From NCBI GenBank assembly GCA_963675665.1, contig OY776510.1:2080001-2144000 (forward strand): 64,000 nt of DNA. Direction: 5' to 3'. Each line of letters starts with the position of its first letter. Within the stretch, counting starts at the first letter, position 1. Source of the DNA: Spirochaetia bacterium (GTDB lineage Bacteria; Spirochaetota; Spirochaetia; UBA9216). Below are positions 10,772-20,380 of the stretch, piece after piece. The notes below the pieces were generated by a model that saw only the letters and a list, made by a program, of their open reading frames with translations, did not search any database and was not told where the DNA came from. Made by a program: the position numbers and the translations under genes.

Positions 10772-13024
10772 TCAAGTTCCCTTAATTGAAATCAGCAGGA
10801 AACTCAGCTTCCAGTTCACAATCCGCCCTGAAAGCCGTTCGCTGATCAGGGCCTTAAGAACGGTTGTTTCTTCATAAGTAAGTGTTTGGGCCAGATGCCG
10901 GCCGTATCCGGAACCTCCGTCAGCAAACCATCTTTCAATATCAGCAGTTTGAACTGGACGTTTTTCTTCAATAGTTAAAATCTCGTGTTCAACTGAGAAT
11001 CCTGCATTTTCCGCAGCATCAACAATATCAGCCGGGCCCCAGTTTACCAGCGGATGGTCAGAATTTGCGTAGATACCCGCTTCGGAGGCTTTGAGGGCCT
11101 TAAAAAGAGAAGGTTTCAAATCTTTCAGATCTTCCAGTTCGGCAAGATTTGAGAGCCTCTGTGCGTTTGAGGGAATAAACTGACTGAGTCGGAGGCTTCC
11201 GTTTTTGCCCAGCAAACTGTTTATAGAGACAAAAAAAGAGGTTTTATCTGTATTTATGAATTCCCGGCGCGTGAAAATATCACGTACCATGATTTTCTCA
11301 AATTTCAGGTCTTTCGGCAGCCCTGAAATCAGATTTTCAACAAAAACTTCCCAATCGGAGGTGCCGGCAGTTACAGAAGCAGCTATTTCAACAGGCCGGG
11401 TTTCCTCCGGCAGCGATTGTGCATAGTGCCGGCATATTTCAGCTTCTTTTTCGCCGGCCGGCAGGTAATATACGCCGCCCTCGGGTACAGATCTTAGGGC
11501 TTCCCATAACAGCACCGGGACTCCGGGTTCCAGAATAAGTATGCAGTCGTGACGATTGATTTTCTCATTATTACCGGGAAATTTTTCCCTTATTGCAGCA
11601 AGTGTTTTCCCTGCTTCGCGGTTCAGCCTGTACAACCAGCGTTCGCTGTTTTTATCAGGCGGCGAAAAACTTAAAATCTCTTCGGTTCGATCTTCAGTAA
11701 CCGCAGCCAGCTGAATCTCTCTCCGGCTCATTATCCGGTCGCGAATCCCCGCCTCAAATCCCTGATCCGACGGTTCGTAAAACACCCGGCCCTGCAGCCC
11801 GGAAGGCAGATATTGCTGTGCAACCCAGTGGTCTTTATAGGCGTGCGGGTAAAGGTACCCCTCGCCGTGTCCGAACCCTTCCTTGTCGCGGCCGGCATCT
11901 TTAAGATGATTGGGAACCTCACGAGCAAATTCCTGTTCCACTGCTCCGAGTGCATCGAAGAACGAAAGGGCCGTATTTGATTTTGGTGCGGTTGCAAGAT
12001 AGAGCGCCGCCTGCGTGAGGTGAAACCTGCCTTCAGGAAGCCCTACACGGTCGAAGGCTGCCGCCGCAGATTCTACTACGCCCAAAGCCCCGGGATCGGC
12101 CAGACCGATGTCTTCGCTTGCGCTTATAAGCATTCGGCGGAAAATATAGCGCGGTTCTTCGCCGGCGCGGATCATGGTGGCAAGCCAGTAAAGGACTGCA
12201 TCGGGATCGGAGCCCCTTATTGATTTAATGAACGCGCTGATTGTATCGTAATGGTAGTCGCCTTCCTTGTCGTAGAGCAGAGCCTTTTTCTGGATGCTTT
12301 CCTCGGCCGCGTCCAGCGTTACCCTGATAATGGAGCCGTGTGCCGGGGGAAAATTGTCGGCGCTTGTCTCAATTGCAAGTTCCAGCGCGTTCAGCAGGCT
12401 CCGCGCATCTCCGTTAGCAGTTTGTATAAGATGTTCAAGCGCGCTTTCTTCAAATTGAACCTTCCAGCGGCCGTACCCGCGGTCAGGGTCGTTTACCGCC
12501 TGCATCGCTATGTTGCGAAGATCCTCTGCAGTAAGAGGCTTAAGCTGAAAGATTCGGCTGCGGCTGACAAGCGCTTTGTTCACTTCAAAATAGGGATTTT
12601 CCGTAGTGGCGCCGATTAGAATTACAGTCCCGTTTTCAACCCACGGCAGCAACGCATCCTGCTGGGATTTATTCCACCGGTGCACCTCATCAACAAACAG
12701 GATTGTCCGCCGGCCGTAAAGATCGCGGTGACTCTGGGCCTCGGCAATAGCGTCGCGCAGGTTCTTTACTCCGTCCAGAACTGCGTTCATGGTAATAAAG
12801 CTGCTGCTTGTTGTGTTGGCTATAACGCGCGCAAGTGTTGTTTTTCCGGTGCCCGGCGGTCCATAGAATATTATTGAAGACATTCTGTCGGCCTGGATAA
12901 TTCTTCGCAGCAGTCTTCCGGGGCCTGCAATATGGTCCTGTCCGATAAACTCGTTTATATTTCGCGGCCGCATGCGAAAGGCAAGAGGGGCTTCGTTATT
13001 TTCGGTTTGCGAGAATAGCTCCAC
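10772..13024 (-). CDS. rarA: Replication-associated recombination protein A (RarA/MgsA) with long C-terminal extension
   Basis: [45 protein letters not shown]; about 300 extra C-terminal residues; GTG start inferred. Confidence 0.93.
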   Translation of the reverse strand: MELFSQTENNEAPLAFRMRPRNINEFIGQDHIAGPGRLLRRIIQADRMSSIIFYGPPGTGKTTLARVIANTTSSSFITMNAVLDGVKNLRDAIAEAQSHRDLYGRRTILFVDEVHRWNKSQQDALLPWVENGTVILIGATTENPYFEVNKALVSRSRIFQLKPLTAEDLRNIAMQAVNDPDRGYGRWKVQFEESALEHLIQTANGDARSLLNALELAIETSADNFPPAHGSIIRVTLDAAEESIQKKALLYDKEGDYHYDTISAFIKSIRGSDPDAVLYWLATMIRAGEEPRYIFRRMLISASEDIGLADPGALGVVESAAAAFDRVGLPEGRFHLTQAALYLATAPKSNTALSFFDALGAVEQEFAREVPNHLKDAGRDKEGFGHGEGYLYPHAYKDHWVAQQYLPSGLQGRVFYEPSDQGFEAGIRDRIMSRREIQLAAVTEDRTEEILSFSPPDKNSERWLYRLNREAGKTLAAIREKFPGNNEKINRHDCILILEPGVPVLLWEALRSVPEGGVYYLPAGEKEAEICRHYAQSLPEETRPVEIAASVTAGTSDWEVFVENLISGLPKDLKFEKIMVRDIFTRREFINTDKTSFFVSINSLLGKNGSLRLSQFIPSNAQRLSNLAELEDLKDLKPSLFKALKASEAGIYANSDHPLVNWGPADIVDAAENAGFSVEHEILTIEEKRPVQTADIERWFADGGSGYGRHLAQTLTYEETTVLKALISERLSGRIVNWKLSFLLISIKGT

Positions 13025-13115
13025 TGCAGAAGTATAGATTATGGCGGCAGGTGTATGCAAGCGGTGAGGATATTAAATAATAAATGGTGTCAATATGCCG
13101 TAAAATGAACAGTAT

Positions 13116-13189
13116 TGTCATAATATGGCAAAAAAAATTGACAATTGCAAGTTTTGCTGTATAATAAAAGCATATTCCACAATGTGGCA
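13116..13189 (+). promoter_or_regulatory. dctP promoter flanked by two related palindromes (putative IclR operators)
   Basis: TTGACA(13138)-N16-TATAAT(13160); TGTCATAATATGGCA 13116-13130 and TTCCACAATGTGGCA 13175-13189. Confidence 0.65.
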
Positions 13190-13205
13190 AAACAAGGAGA
13201 GAATA

Positions 13206-14231
13206 ATGAAAAGAAAAGGTATTCTTATTGCAGCAATTATCTTAATTGTCTGTATGAGCGGTTTTGCATCCGGACAACAGGATGCAACGGACGATTCCGG
13301 TTTAAAGGAACCGGTTAAAATGAAGATTGGGCATTCATTTACTGAAAATACATCCAGACATCAATCATTGCTGAAATTCAAGGAAATGGTTGAAGAAAGA
13401 ACTGACGGCGCGATCATTGTTGAGGTGTATCCTTCAAGCCAGTTGGGCACGGAGATGGAAATGCTTGAAGCAGTAAAAATGGGAAGCATAGAGGGTTTGC
13501 GGTGCGGCCCGTTTGAAGATGCGGCTCCGGAGCTTTTGATATATACAATGCCGTTTTTATTCAGCGATATGGATGCTGTGCACAGGGTTACACGCGGGGC
13601 AATAACCCGGGAGATTATCAAGAGCACGGAAAAAAATGGAATCAAGGTACTTGCAGTAGGCGATTCAGGAGAGTTCCGGCATTTCACAAATAATGTAAGA
13701 CCTATCACAAAGCCTGAAGATATAAAGGGTTTAAAGATGAGAACTCCTCCGATGGAAAGTATTGTTAAGATAATGGAAGCCCTTGGAGGCAACCCTGTTT
13801 CAATACCTTTCAGCGAAACCTACATGGCTCTTAAAACCGGTGTAGCCGACGGGGAGGAGAATCCTTTTACCAATATTGATAAAATGAAATTTTATGAAGT
13901 ACAGAAATATCTTTCTGTAGTTAACTACCAGTATCATGCTGAAATGCTCTATGTTCCGTTAGCGTGGTTTAATTCTCTTGATAAAGGTATTCAGGATATC
14001 CTGCTCGAGTGTGCCCATGAGCATATGAAAATAAATGATGACCTGTTAAAGGAAGAATCAAAACTGAGTGAGGAAGTTTGCCGAGCCAATATGGAAGTAA
14101 ATGAACTTACTCCGGCTCAGAGACAGGTTTTTATTGATAAGGTGCAGCCTGTATATCAGTACTACATTGAAAAGGGTGTTTTTTCTCAAGCTGATATTGA
14201 TGAAATTCGCAGGATTGCTGAAGGTAAATAA
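13206..14231 (+). CDS. dctP: TRAP transporter substrate-binding protein
   Basis: EVYPSSQLG, DIKGLKMR, ALKTGVADGEEN, FYEVQKY; AGGAG RBS. Confidence 0.95.
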   Translation: MKRKGILIAAIILIVCMSGFASGQQDATDDSGLKEPVKMKIGHSFTENTSRHQSLLKFKEMVEERTDGAIIVEVYPSSQLGTEMEMLEAVKMGSIEGLRCGPFEDAAPELLIYTMPFLFSDMDAVHRVTRGAITREIIKSTEKNGIKVLAVGDSGEFRHFTNNVRPITKPEDIKGLKMRTPPMESIVKIMEALGGNPVSIPFSETYMALKTGVADGEENPFTNIDKMKFYEVQKYLSVVNYQYHAEMLYVPLAWFNSLDKGIQDILLECAHEHMKINDDLLKEESKLSEEVCRANMEVNELTPAQRQVFIDKVQPVYQYYIEKGVFSQADIDEIRRIAEGK

Positions 14232-14238
14232 AAAACCG

Positions 14239-14274
14239 GCAGGAAAGCATTTACTTAACGTTATGCTTTCCTGC
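14239..14274 (+). terminator. Stem-loop after dctP (attenuator or mRNA stabiliser)
   Basis: GCAGGAAAGCAT/ATGCTTTCCTGC 12-bp stem. Confidence 0.6.
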
Positions 14275-14411
14275 TTCCCAAATACGTTAAAGAATGTATT
14301 AGAAAGCCGGAAAAACTTCTGATAAAGACTCAATCGTCAGTAATTAATTTTTCTTGTAATGAAATGGAAGATGCTATAATTAAGGTATATTTGCTTGTAT
14401 AGGAGGGAGAT

Positions 14412-14903
14412 TTGACTGGTTTAATTAACAGGGTCTGCAGCGGATACGAAGTTTTTTGTCGTATCCTGTTGCTTTTTATGACAGTGCTAATAATAGTTTT
14501 TGTTTTTATGCGGTATTTTTTCGGAATTACTTTTGTCTGGGCCGAAGAATTGATAACCATGTTATTTATTTCAACTACATATTTCGGGGCCGTTATCGGT
14601 ATGAAATATAACGAACATATCAGAATAGGCTTTTTTTATGATACCTGCACAGGCAAAAAAAGGAAAGTGATTGATATTGTCAATGATCTGATAATTCTTG
14701 GCCTTCAGATTAGTATTGTATTTATGAGTTATAACTGGATTACGAAGGTCGGAGACGTTCTGACAAACGGGCTTCGTGTACCGATAAAATTCTTTTACTT
14801 TATGATGCCGTTCAGTGCTTTTTTTATCGGGCTTTACTGTATCTTCAATATTGCGGGAATCATAATAAACTGGAATGAGAATTCTTCAAGTGAGGTTGCA
14901 TAG
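14412..14903 (+). CDS. dctQ: TRAP transporter small permease
   Basis: VFMRYFF...WAEEL...HIRI, four TM segments. Confidence 0.93.
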   Translation: MTGLINRVCSGYEVFCRILLLFMTVLIIVFVFMRYFFGITFVWAEELITMLFISTTYFGAVIGMKYNEHIRIGFFYDTCTGKKRKVIDIVNDLIILGLQISIVFMSYNWITKVGDVLTNGLRVPIKFFYFMMPFSAFFIGLYCIFNIAGIIINWNENSSSEVA

Positions 14904-16187
14904 ATGGGAATAATCATCTTACTTGCCAGTCTGGTAATCTTTATAATTCTTGGAGTACCGATATGTTTTTCTCTCGGAGCGTCCGGGCTGCTGTATTTTT
15001 TACTGGAAAAGCCGGAGCTTATTTCCATTTTGCCCCAGAGAATATGGGCCGGTACAAACAGTTTTGTTCTGATAGCATTGCCGCTTTTTATTATGGCCGG
15101 AAATCTGATGAATAAAGGCGGGATCACAAGAAGAATAATAGACTTCAGCCTGTTTCTGGTCAGACCGTTCAGGGGAGGTCTTGGTGAGGTAAATGTAGTT
15201 GCAAGCATGATCTTCGGCGGAATTTCCGGATCGTCTGTGGCAGATACTTCAGCAATTGGATCTGTACTTATTCCGGAGATGGAAGCAAAAGGATACAGCA
15301 AAGGATTTTCAGCTGGTGTTACGGTCGGTTCATCAACAATGGGGATGATAATCCCTCCGAGTATTCCAATGTTGATGTTCGCAATGATTTCTCAGCAATC
15401 GGTAGGAGCCTTGTTTCTTGCCGGAGCAGTTCCCGGAATAATGATTGGCCTGACGCAGATTCTTATGGTTTTCGGTATCTCAAAAAAGAATAATTATCAC
15501 CCGGAATATAAACCTGTTCCTTTTAAGGTTTTTTTAAAGCAAAGCTGGGGTGGAATACTTGCAGTGCTGATGCCGCTGTTTATAATACTGTCTATTTCGT
15601 TCGGAATAGCTACGGCCACTGAATCGGCAGGTATTGCAGTTCTGTATTCATTGATTTTAGGGTTTTTTGTGTATAAAGAACTGACGTTGAAAGATTTCTG
15701 GCATGCACTGATAAAAACGGTGCTGTTTTCCAGTTCAGTTCTTTTTATCGTAGGGTTTTCTACAATATATACGTGGATTCTTTCAATTGAACAGATACCA
15801 CAGACGATAGGAGCATTTCTTGTAAATCTTGAGGTTTCAAGGTTCTGGATTCTCCTTCTTGTAGACTTGCTTATACTTTTAATAGGTACATTTATTGATG
15901 TTGTACCAGCACTGTATCTGTTATCGCCGATTCTGCTTCCGATAATGGCGGGGTTCGGGGTTCATCCGCTTCAGTTGGGTGCAATATTAATAGTCGGTTT
16001 GGCTATTGGTCTGATTACACCGCCGGTAGGTATGTGCCTTAATGCAGCTACGAAGATTTGCGGAATGCCTATAACAAAAATAGCAAGAAATGCAGTGCCA
16101 TTTATTCTCTGTAATATTATTGTACTTTTGCTGGTTACGTTTATTCCCGAGGTTTCGATATGGTTGCCTCTGCAGGTATTTAATTAG
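14904..16187 (+). CDS. dctM: TRAP transporter large permease
   Basis: ALPLFIMAG, GISGSSVAD, IIPPSIP, GLITPPVG. Confidence 0.96.
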   Translation: MGIIILLASLVIFIILGVPICFSLGASGLLYFLLEKPELISILPQRIWAGTNSFVLIALPLFIMAGNLMNKGGITRRIIDFSLFLVRPFRGGLGEVNVVASMIFGGISGSSVADTSAIGSVLIPEMEAKGYSKGFSAGVTVGSSTMGMIIPPSIPMLMFAMISQQSVGALFLAGAVPGIMIGLTQILMVFGISKKNNYHPEYKPVPFKVFLKQSWGGILAVLMPLFIILSISFGIATATESAGIAVLYSLILGFFVYKELTLKDFWHALIKTVLFSSSVLFIVGFSTIYTWILSIEQIPQTIGAFLVNLEVSRFWILLLVDLLILLIGTFIDVVPALYLLSPILLPIMAGFGVHPLQLGAILIVGLAIGLITPPVGMCLNAATKICGMPITKIARNAVPFILCNIIVLLLVTFIPEVSIWLPLQVFN

Positions 16188-16292
16188 AAAGTTAATGAGT
16201 ATCTGTAATAGCCCTAAATCAGGATTATTACAGATTCACCAATGTTAAAAAGGATTGGAAATAACAGATTCTGAATGTTTTGGCTGGTTCTC

Positions 16293-16317
16293 TCTGATGC
16301 GGTGATACCGCATCAGA
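16293..16317. terminator. Hairpin between dctM and iclR
   Basis: TCTGATGCGGT-GAT-ACCGCATCAGA perfect 11-bp stem; a second stem ATCTGTAATA/TATTACAGAT at 16201-16235. Confidence 0.55.
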
Positions 16318-16375
16318 AAGGTTGATTTTTAAACGGCATTTAATTATCTTATTATTAAATTAAAAGGAAGGTCTA

Positions 16376-17158
16376 ATGAAGGTACAGTCGATTGATCGTG
16401 CTTTTGATATTATGGAGCATCTATCGCGGGAGCCTGAGGGGCTTAGTTTAACCGAAATTAGTCAGAAGCTTGAGCTTCCCACAAGCACGGTATACCGCCT
16501 TCTTTCAGTCTTACGGGACCGAAATTATATCGATAAAAATGATTCTACCAGTGTTTACAGGCTGGGTCTGGGTTTTCTTGAACTTACAAGCATGTATCTT
16601 GGAAGTCTGGAATTAAAGACAGAAGCCCAGCCATACCTGCGTAACCTGTCAAAGATGACGGGACAGGTTGTTTTCCTTGGTATTGAACAGGATAATGAAC
16701 TTGTTTTTATCGATCGGTACGAACAGTATAATGAAATGAGAAAATACTGTTTTATCGGACAGCGGCATCAGTTGTACTGTACGGCTCTTGGAAAATCACT
16801 TTTAATAGGTCATACAAATGAGAACATTCGAAAGATATATGAAAAAAAGGGTTTGAAGCCCTACACCGAAAATACAATAACCGATATAGATGAATTAATA
16901 AGGCAAATCGATCTGAACCGTGAGCGAAAGTATTCTATCGATAACCAGGAAAATGAAGTGGGTACTTACGGTATTGCCGCGCCGGTTTATGATTATCGGG
17001 GAATAATAATTGCCGCTGTAAGTTCTCCATGGAGTCTTGATTCACAGGTTTTACCCGATCGGGAACGCATTATAGAGCTTGTAAAACAGACTGCCGCCGA
17101 AATTTCAAAACGGTTGGGTTATATCAAAAGGGATACGCCTGTTATTCAGCAGAATTGA
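16376..17158 (+). CDS. IclR-family transcriptional regulator
   Basis: VQSIDRAFDIME, LPTSTVYRLL HTH, CTALGKSLL, GIAAPVYD. Confidence 0.95.
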   Translation: MKVQSIDRAFDIMEHLSREPEGLSLTEISQKLELPTSTVYRLLSVLRDRNYIDKNDSTSVYRLGLGFLELTSMYLGSLELKTEAQPYLRNLSKMTGQVVFLGIEQDNELVFIDRYEQYNEMRKYCFIGQRHQLYCTALGKSLLIGHTNENIRKIYEKKGLKPYTENTITDIDELIRQIDLNRERKYSIDNQENEVGTYGIAAPVYDYRGIIIAAVSSPWSLDSQVLPDRERIIELVKQTAAEISKRLGYIKRDTPVIQQN

Positions 17159-17996
17159 GCAGACTCAGGTTCCTGATATTGCGGAATTCCGCAGCGGCAA
17201 GGATTTCCTTCACCAGGGTTATCTCGGTATCCTTTGCTTCATGCAGGGGAGAGCCTTCCCTGAGACCTTTCAGTATATAATCGAGCTTTTCATAACTCAT
17301 TCCCAGCGCAAACTCGTCGGTTATGCCGGGGGCAATATCCGGGCTCGGTTTCTTGTCTATTATCTTTCTGGGGATGCCGAGTTCTTCGGCAAGTTTAAAA
17401 ACTTCAGTTTTGTAAAGATGCATGATCGGTTCAATATCGGTTGAATCATCACCCCATTTAATATAGAAGCCCGTAAGCATTTCTGTCAGGTTTGTAGTCC
17501 CGGCAACGGCGCAGCCGCGTTTTTCCGCTTCGAAATACAGGCTGATCATCCTGAAGCGGTGTTTTGTTCTGTAATAGGCAAGGTTTTTCCGATTGGCTGA
17601 ACCTCCGGAAGTTTTTAAATCGTTCAGGTACGGTGTTTCGGTGCTGTTCCAGACATTTGCGGCGTATTTTTCCTGAATCCTGCGCGGAAATAATCCAGCC
17701 GGGGGTTTCATGCGGTAGACCCCGAGTTTTCTGACAAGCGGAGTTATGGGTTTCAGTTTATAATCTATTTCCAGATAATCACAAACAAGCAAAGAATCGG
17801 CTATTGTACTTTTTGATGAATCACGTTCAGGAAGCAACAGCCCGAAGACCCTGTGTCTGCCGAGCGCATTTATTAAGAGTTTTCCTACTACGGCGGAATC
17901 AATACCACCGCTTATTCCTATTACGGCACCCTCAAAGCCGTACCGGTCAATGTTCTCCCGTATAAAATCAATAATTCGGTCGTTCTCAGAAGGCAT
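17142..17996 (-). CDS. nadE: NH3-dependent NAD+ synthetase
   Basis: GISGGIDS P-loop, GTTNLTE, KWGD, LYKTEV, KKPSPD; no glutaminase domain. Confidence 0.93.
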   Translation of the reverse strand: MPSENDRIIDFIRENIDRYGFEGAVIGISGGIDSAVVGKLLINALGRHRVFGLLLPERDSSKSTIADSLLVCDYLEIDYKLKPITPLVRKLGVYRMKPPAGLFPRRIQEKYAANVWNSTETPYLNDLKTSGGSANRKNLAYYRTKHRFRMISLYFEAEKRGCAVAGTTNLTEMLTGFYIKWGDDSTDIEPIMHLYKTEVFKLAEELGIPRKIIDKKPSPDIAPGITDEFALGMSYEKLDYILKGLREGSPLHEAKDTEITLVKEILAAAEFRNIRNLSLLNSAE

Positions 17997-18151
17997 AATC
18001 TACCTCCAGTTCCAAGATAACCCCGTTTGCATTCAGATGCAAGAAAAAGAAAGCAAAATAAACTGTTCTGTGAATAACAGGTAACTGTAGAAAAAAACGT
18101 TGATTATTGCAGATTAATATCGTATAAATGAGCTTACCTGAGGATTTTACT

Positions 18152-18571
18152 ATGAAAAAGATTATTTTATTAATGCTTATTACACTGTTGGCATTATCAT
18201 GTATGTTTTCTTCAATGCTGCCCGAACAGGTTGTTACCAATTTTATCGAGGGTCTGGAGAACCAGGATATTGATCTGCTTATGTCCGCTTATCATTCGGA
18301 CGCTGATTTCCGCTTTGTTGCCCCGGACGGTTCGGAAGACAGTTATACCGGAGCGGATGAAATCAGGGCTGCCCAGCTTGGAGGTTTTGAGGATCAAACG
18401 CTTACTCCCGAGATTAGAATCATGGATTGGGAAGAATCAACTGATAAAAGCAAAGTTACTTATTACCTGGTAGCGGATTTTACCGAGTTTGAACTTTTTA
18501 ATACCCTGGAATTGACATCAGAGTTTTATTCCTGGGGAATTCTTCACCAGAAAGTTGAAATCAACCAGTGA
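18152..18571 (+). CDS. NTF2/SnoaL-like lipoprotein
   Basis: Lipobox LALSC; VVTNFIEGLENQDIDLLMSAYHSDA...YTGADEIR SnoaL pattern. Confidence 0.75.
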   Translation: MKKIILLMLITLLALSCMFSSMLPEQVVTNFIEGLENQDIDLLMSAYHSDADFRFVAPDGSEDSYTGADEIRAAQLGGFEDQTLTPEIRIMDWEESTDKSKVTYYLVADFTEFELFNTLELTSEFYSWGILHQKVEINQ

Positions 18572-18616
18572 AAACCGGCCGCGGCCGTATAATTAAAATA
18601 TCTCCTTTAAAAAATA

Positions 18617-18646
18617 TTGACAATACCTGAGCAAAAAAGTTAACAT
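18617..18646 (+). promoter_or_regulatory. sigma70 promoter of tupABC
   Basis: TTGACA-N18-TAACAT directly upstream of the riboswitch. Confidence 0.55.
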
Positions 18647-18650
18647 CAAT

Positions 18651-18777
18651 CATAGCCGAACAGAAAAATCTAAACACAATGTGCATGATTTTCTGTCTAT
18701 GGGTATATCCGGAAACAGATATGCCTCCCGTGTTTGGAAAGGCAGAGAGTATAATCAAGATAAAACTTTCCTGCCTT
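18651..18777 (+). ncRNA. Moco/Wco (Tuco-type) riboswitch with expression platform
   Basis: Hallmark 3' segment GGGT...GAAA...GCCTCCCGTGTTTGGAAAGG as in the moaA Moco RNA motif; CCGAACA/TGTTTGG closing stem; located in the 5' UTR of tupA. Confidence 0.88.
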
Positions 18778-18801
18778 CAGATTAACCATTTGGAGGAAAA
18801 A

Positions 18802-19680
18802 ATGAAAAACACACTCAAAACAGTATCCGTTCTTCTGCTGTTGGCCGTAAGTTTTCTGGCTTTTGCCGGCGGTCAGCAGGAAGCAGCACCCGCAGCGCCG
18901 GGACAACAGGAGGCCGCCGCGGTTCAGGCGGCACCCGAAAACCCGAGGTTAAAACTGGCAACTACAACCAGCACCGAGAATACAGGGCTTCTCGACGTGC
19001 TTCTTCCGGCATTTGAGCAGAAGACCGGTTACAAGGTTGATGTAATCGCAGTGGGAACCGGTAAAGCAATTGCTCACGGAGAAGCAGGCGATGTTGATCT
19101 GATCATGGTTCATGCAAGAAGCCGTGAAGATGCTTTTGTTGAAAACGGATTCGGGGTAAATCGACGCGATCTCATGCATAACGATTTTGTTGTGCTGGGT
19201 CCTGATTCTGATCCTGCCGGGATTAAAGGAATGAATGATGCAGCAGCGGCATTCGCGAAGATTGCTGAAGTGAACGCTGATTTTGTATCCCGGGGCGACG
19301 ATTCCGGAACTCACGTCAAGGAGAAAGAGATTTGGCAGTCTTCCGGCGCTGTCAATGATGGCAAGTGGTATAAGGAAGCCGGCCAGGGTATGGGAACAGT
19401 TATTACAATGACCGACGACATGCAGGGGTATACGCTTACTGATCGCGGTACATATCTTGCAATGAAAGATAATATAACAATTGATATAGTTGTTGAGGGT
19501 GATCCTGTTCTGTTTAACCCATATGGAGTTATTGCTGTCAATCCTGAACTTCATAAACACGTCAATTTTGAAGGCGCAATGGCTTTAATCGATTTTGTCA
19601 CGGGAGCGGAAGGGCAGGATATAATCAGGAACTTTAAAAAGAACGGTGAGCAGCTGTTCTATCCCGATGTAATAAAATAA
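18802..19680 (+). CDS. tupA: Tungstate ABC transporter substrate-binding protein
   Basis: ATTTS tungstate motif, VGTGKA, SRGDDSGTH, TDRGTY, LFNPYG. Confidence 0.95.
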   Translation: MKNTLKTVSVLLLLAVSFLAFAGGQQEAAPAAPGQQEAAAVQAAPENPRLKLATTTSTENTGLLDVLLPAFEQKTGYKVDVIAVGTGKAIAHGEAGDVDLIMVHARSREDAFVENGFGVNRRDLMHNDFVVLGPDSDPAGIKGMNDAAAAFAKIAEVNADFVSRGDDSGTHVKEKEIWQSSGAVNDGKWYKEAGQGMGTVITMTDDMQGYTLTDRGTYLAMKDNITIDIVVEGDPVLFNPYGVIAVNPELHKHVNFEGAMALIDFVTGAEGQDIIRNFKKNGEQLFYPDVIK

Positions 19681-19696
19681 TTAACAGGTTTTCAAT

Positions 19697-20380
19697 ATGG
19701 ATGGAGCGTTTGTTCAGGCGTTAAAACTTCTTGTCTCTCTGGATCGGGAAACTTACTACATCGCCGGGACATCGCTCCGATTTGCTTTAGCTTCAACGTT
19801 GCTATCGGCATTAATCAGTTTGCCCGCAGGTGCTATTCTGGGGCTGTACCGGTTTCGGGGCAGAAGAATCGTTATAACTGTTCTTAATACACTTATGGCA
19901 ATGCCTACGGTTGTAATCGGCCTGATAATTTATTCCGTTATCTCCCGATCTGGACCGCTGGGGTACCTCGGGCTTCTTTTTAACCCTTCGGCGGTAATTA
20001 TAGGCCAGACAGTTCTTGCATTTCCGATAATTGCATCAATGGTGAATACCAGTGTCGGCCGGCTTGACATCAACCTCAGGGAAACACTGGTGACTCTCGG
20101 CGCTTCGCGTTTCAGGATATTCTTCACTATTATGTGGGAAGCCCGGTTTGCCGTAACTACCGCTCTGCTTGCGGGTTTCGGCAGGGTAATCGGTGAAGTG
20201 GGAGTTTCGATGATGCTCGGAGGCAATATACGGTGGTGGACCCGGACAATAACCACAACTATCAGTCTTGAGACAAGCAAGGGGCAGTTTGAACTGGCTC
20301 TTGCTCTCGGTGTGATTCTGATGGTAATTGCGTTTCTGGTAAATTTTATCACTCACTGGACGGTGAAGCATGAGAATTAG
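19697..20380 (+). CDS. tupB: Tungstate ABC transporter permease
   Basis: MPTVVIGL, SRSGPLG, FGRVIGEVG, GGNIRWWTRTITT. Confidence 0.95.
   Translation: MDGAFVQALKLLVSLDRETYYIAGTSLRFALASTLLSALISLPAGAILGLYRFRGRRIVITVLNTLMAMPTVVIGLIIYSVISRSGPLGYLGLLFNPSAVIIGQTVLAFPIIASMVNTSVGRLDINLRETLVTLGASRFRIFFTIMWEARFAVTTALLAGFGRVIGEVGVSMMLGGNIRWWTRTITTTISLETSKGQFELALALGVILMVIAFLVNFITHWTVKHEN

Noticed and set aside
18679-18801. N-terminal extension of tupA in the ORF track
   Set aside because: This is riboswitch sequence; the RBS and signal peptide begin at 18802
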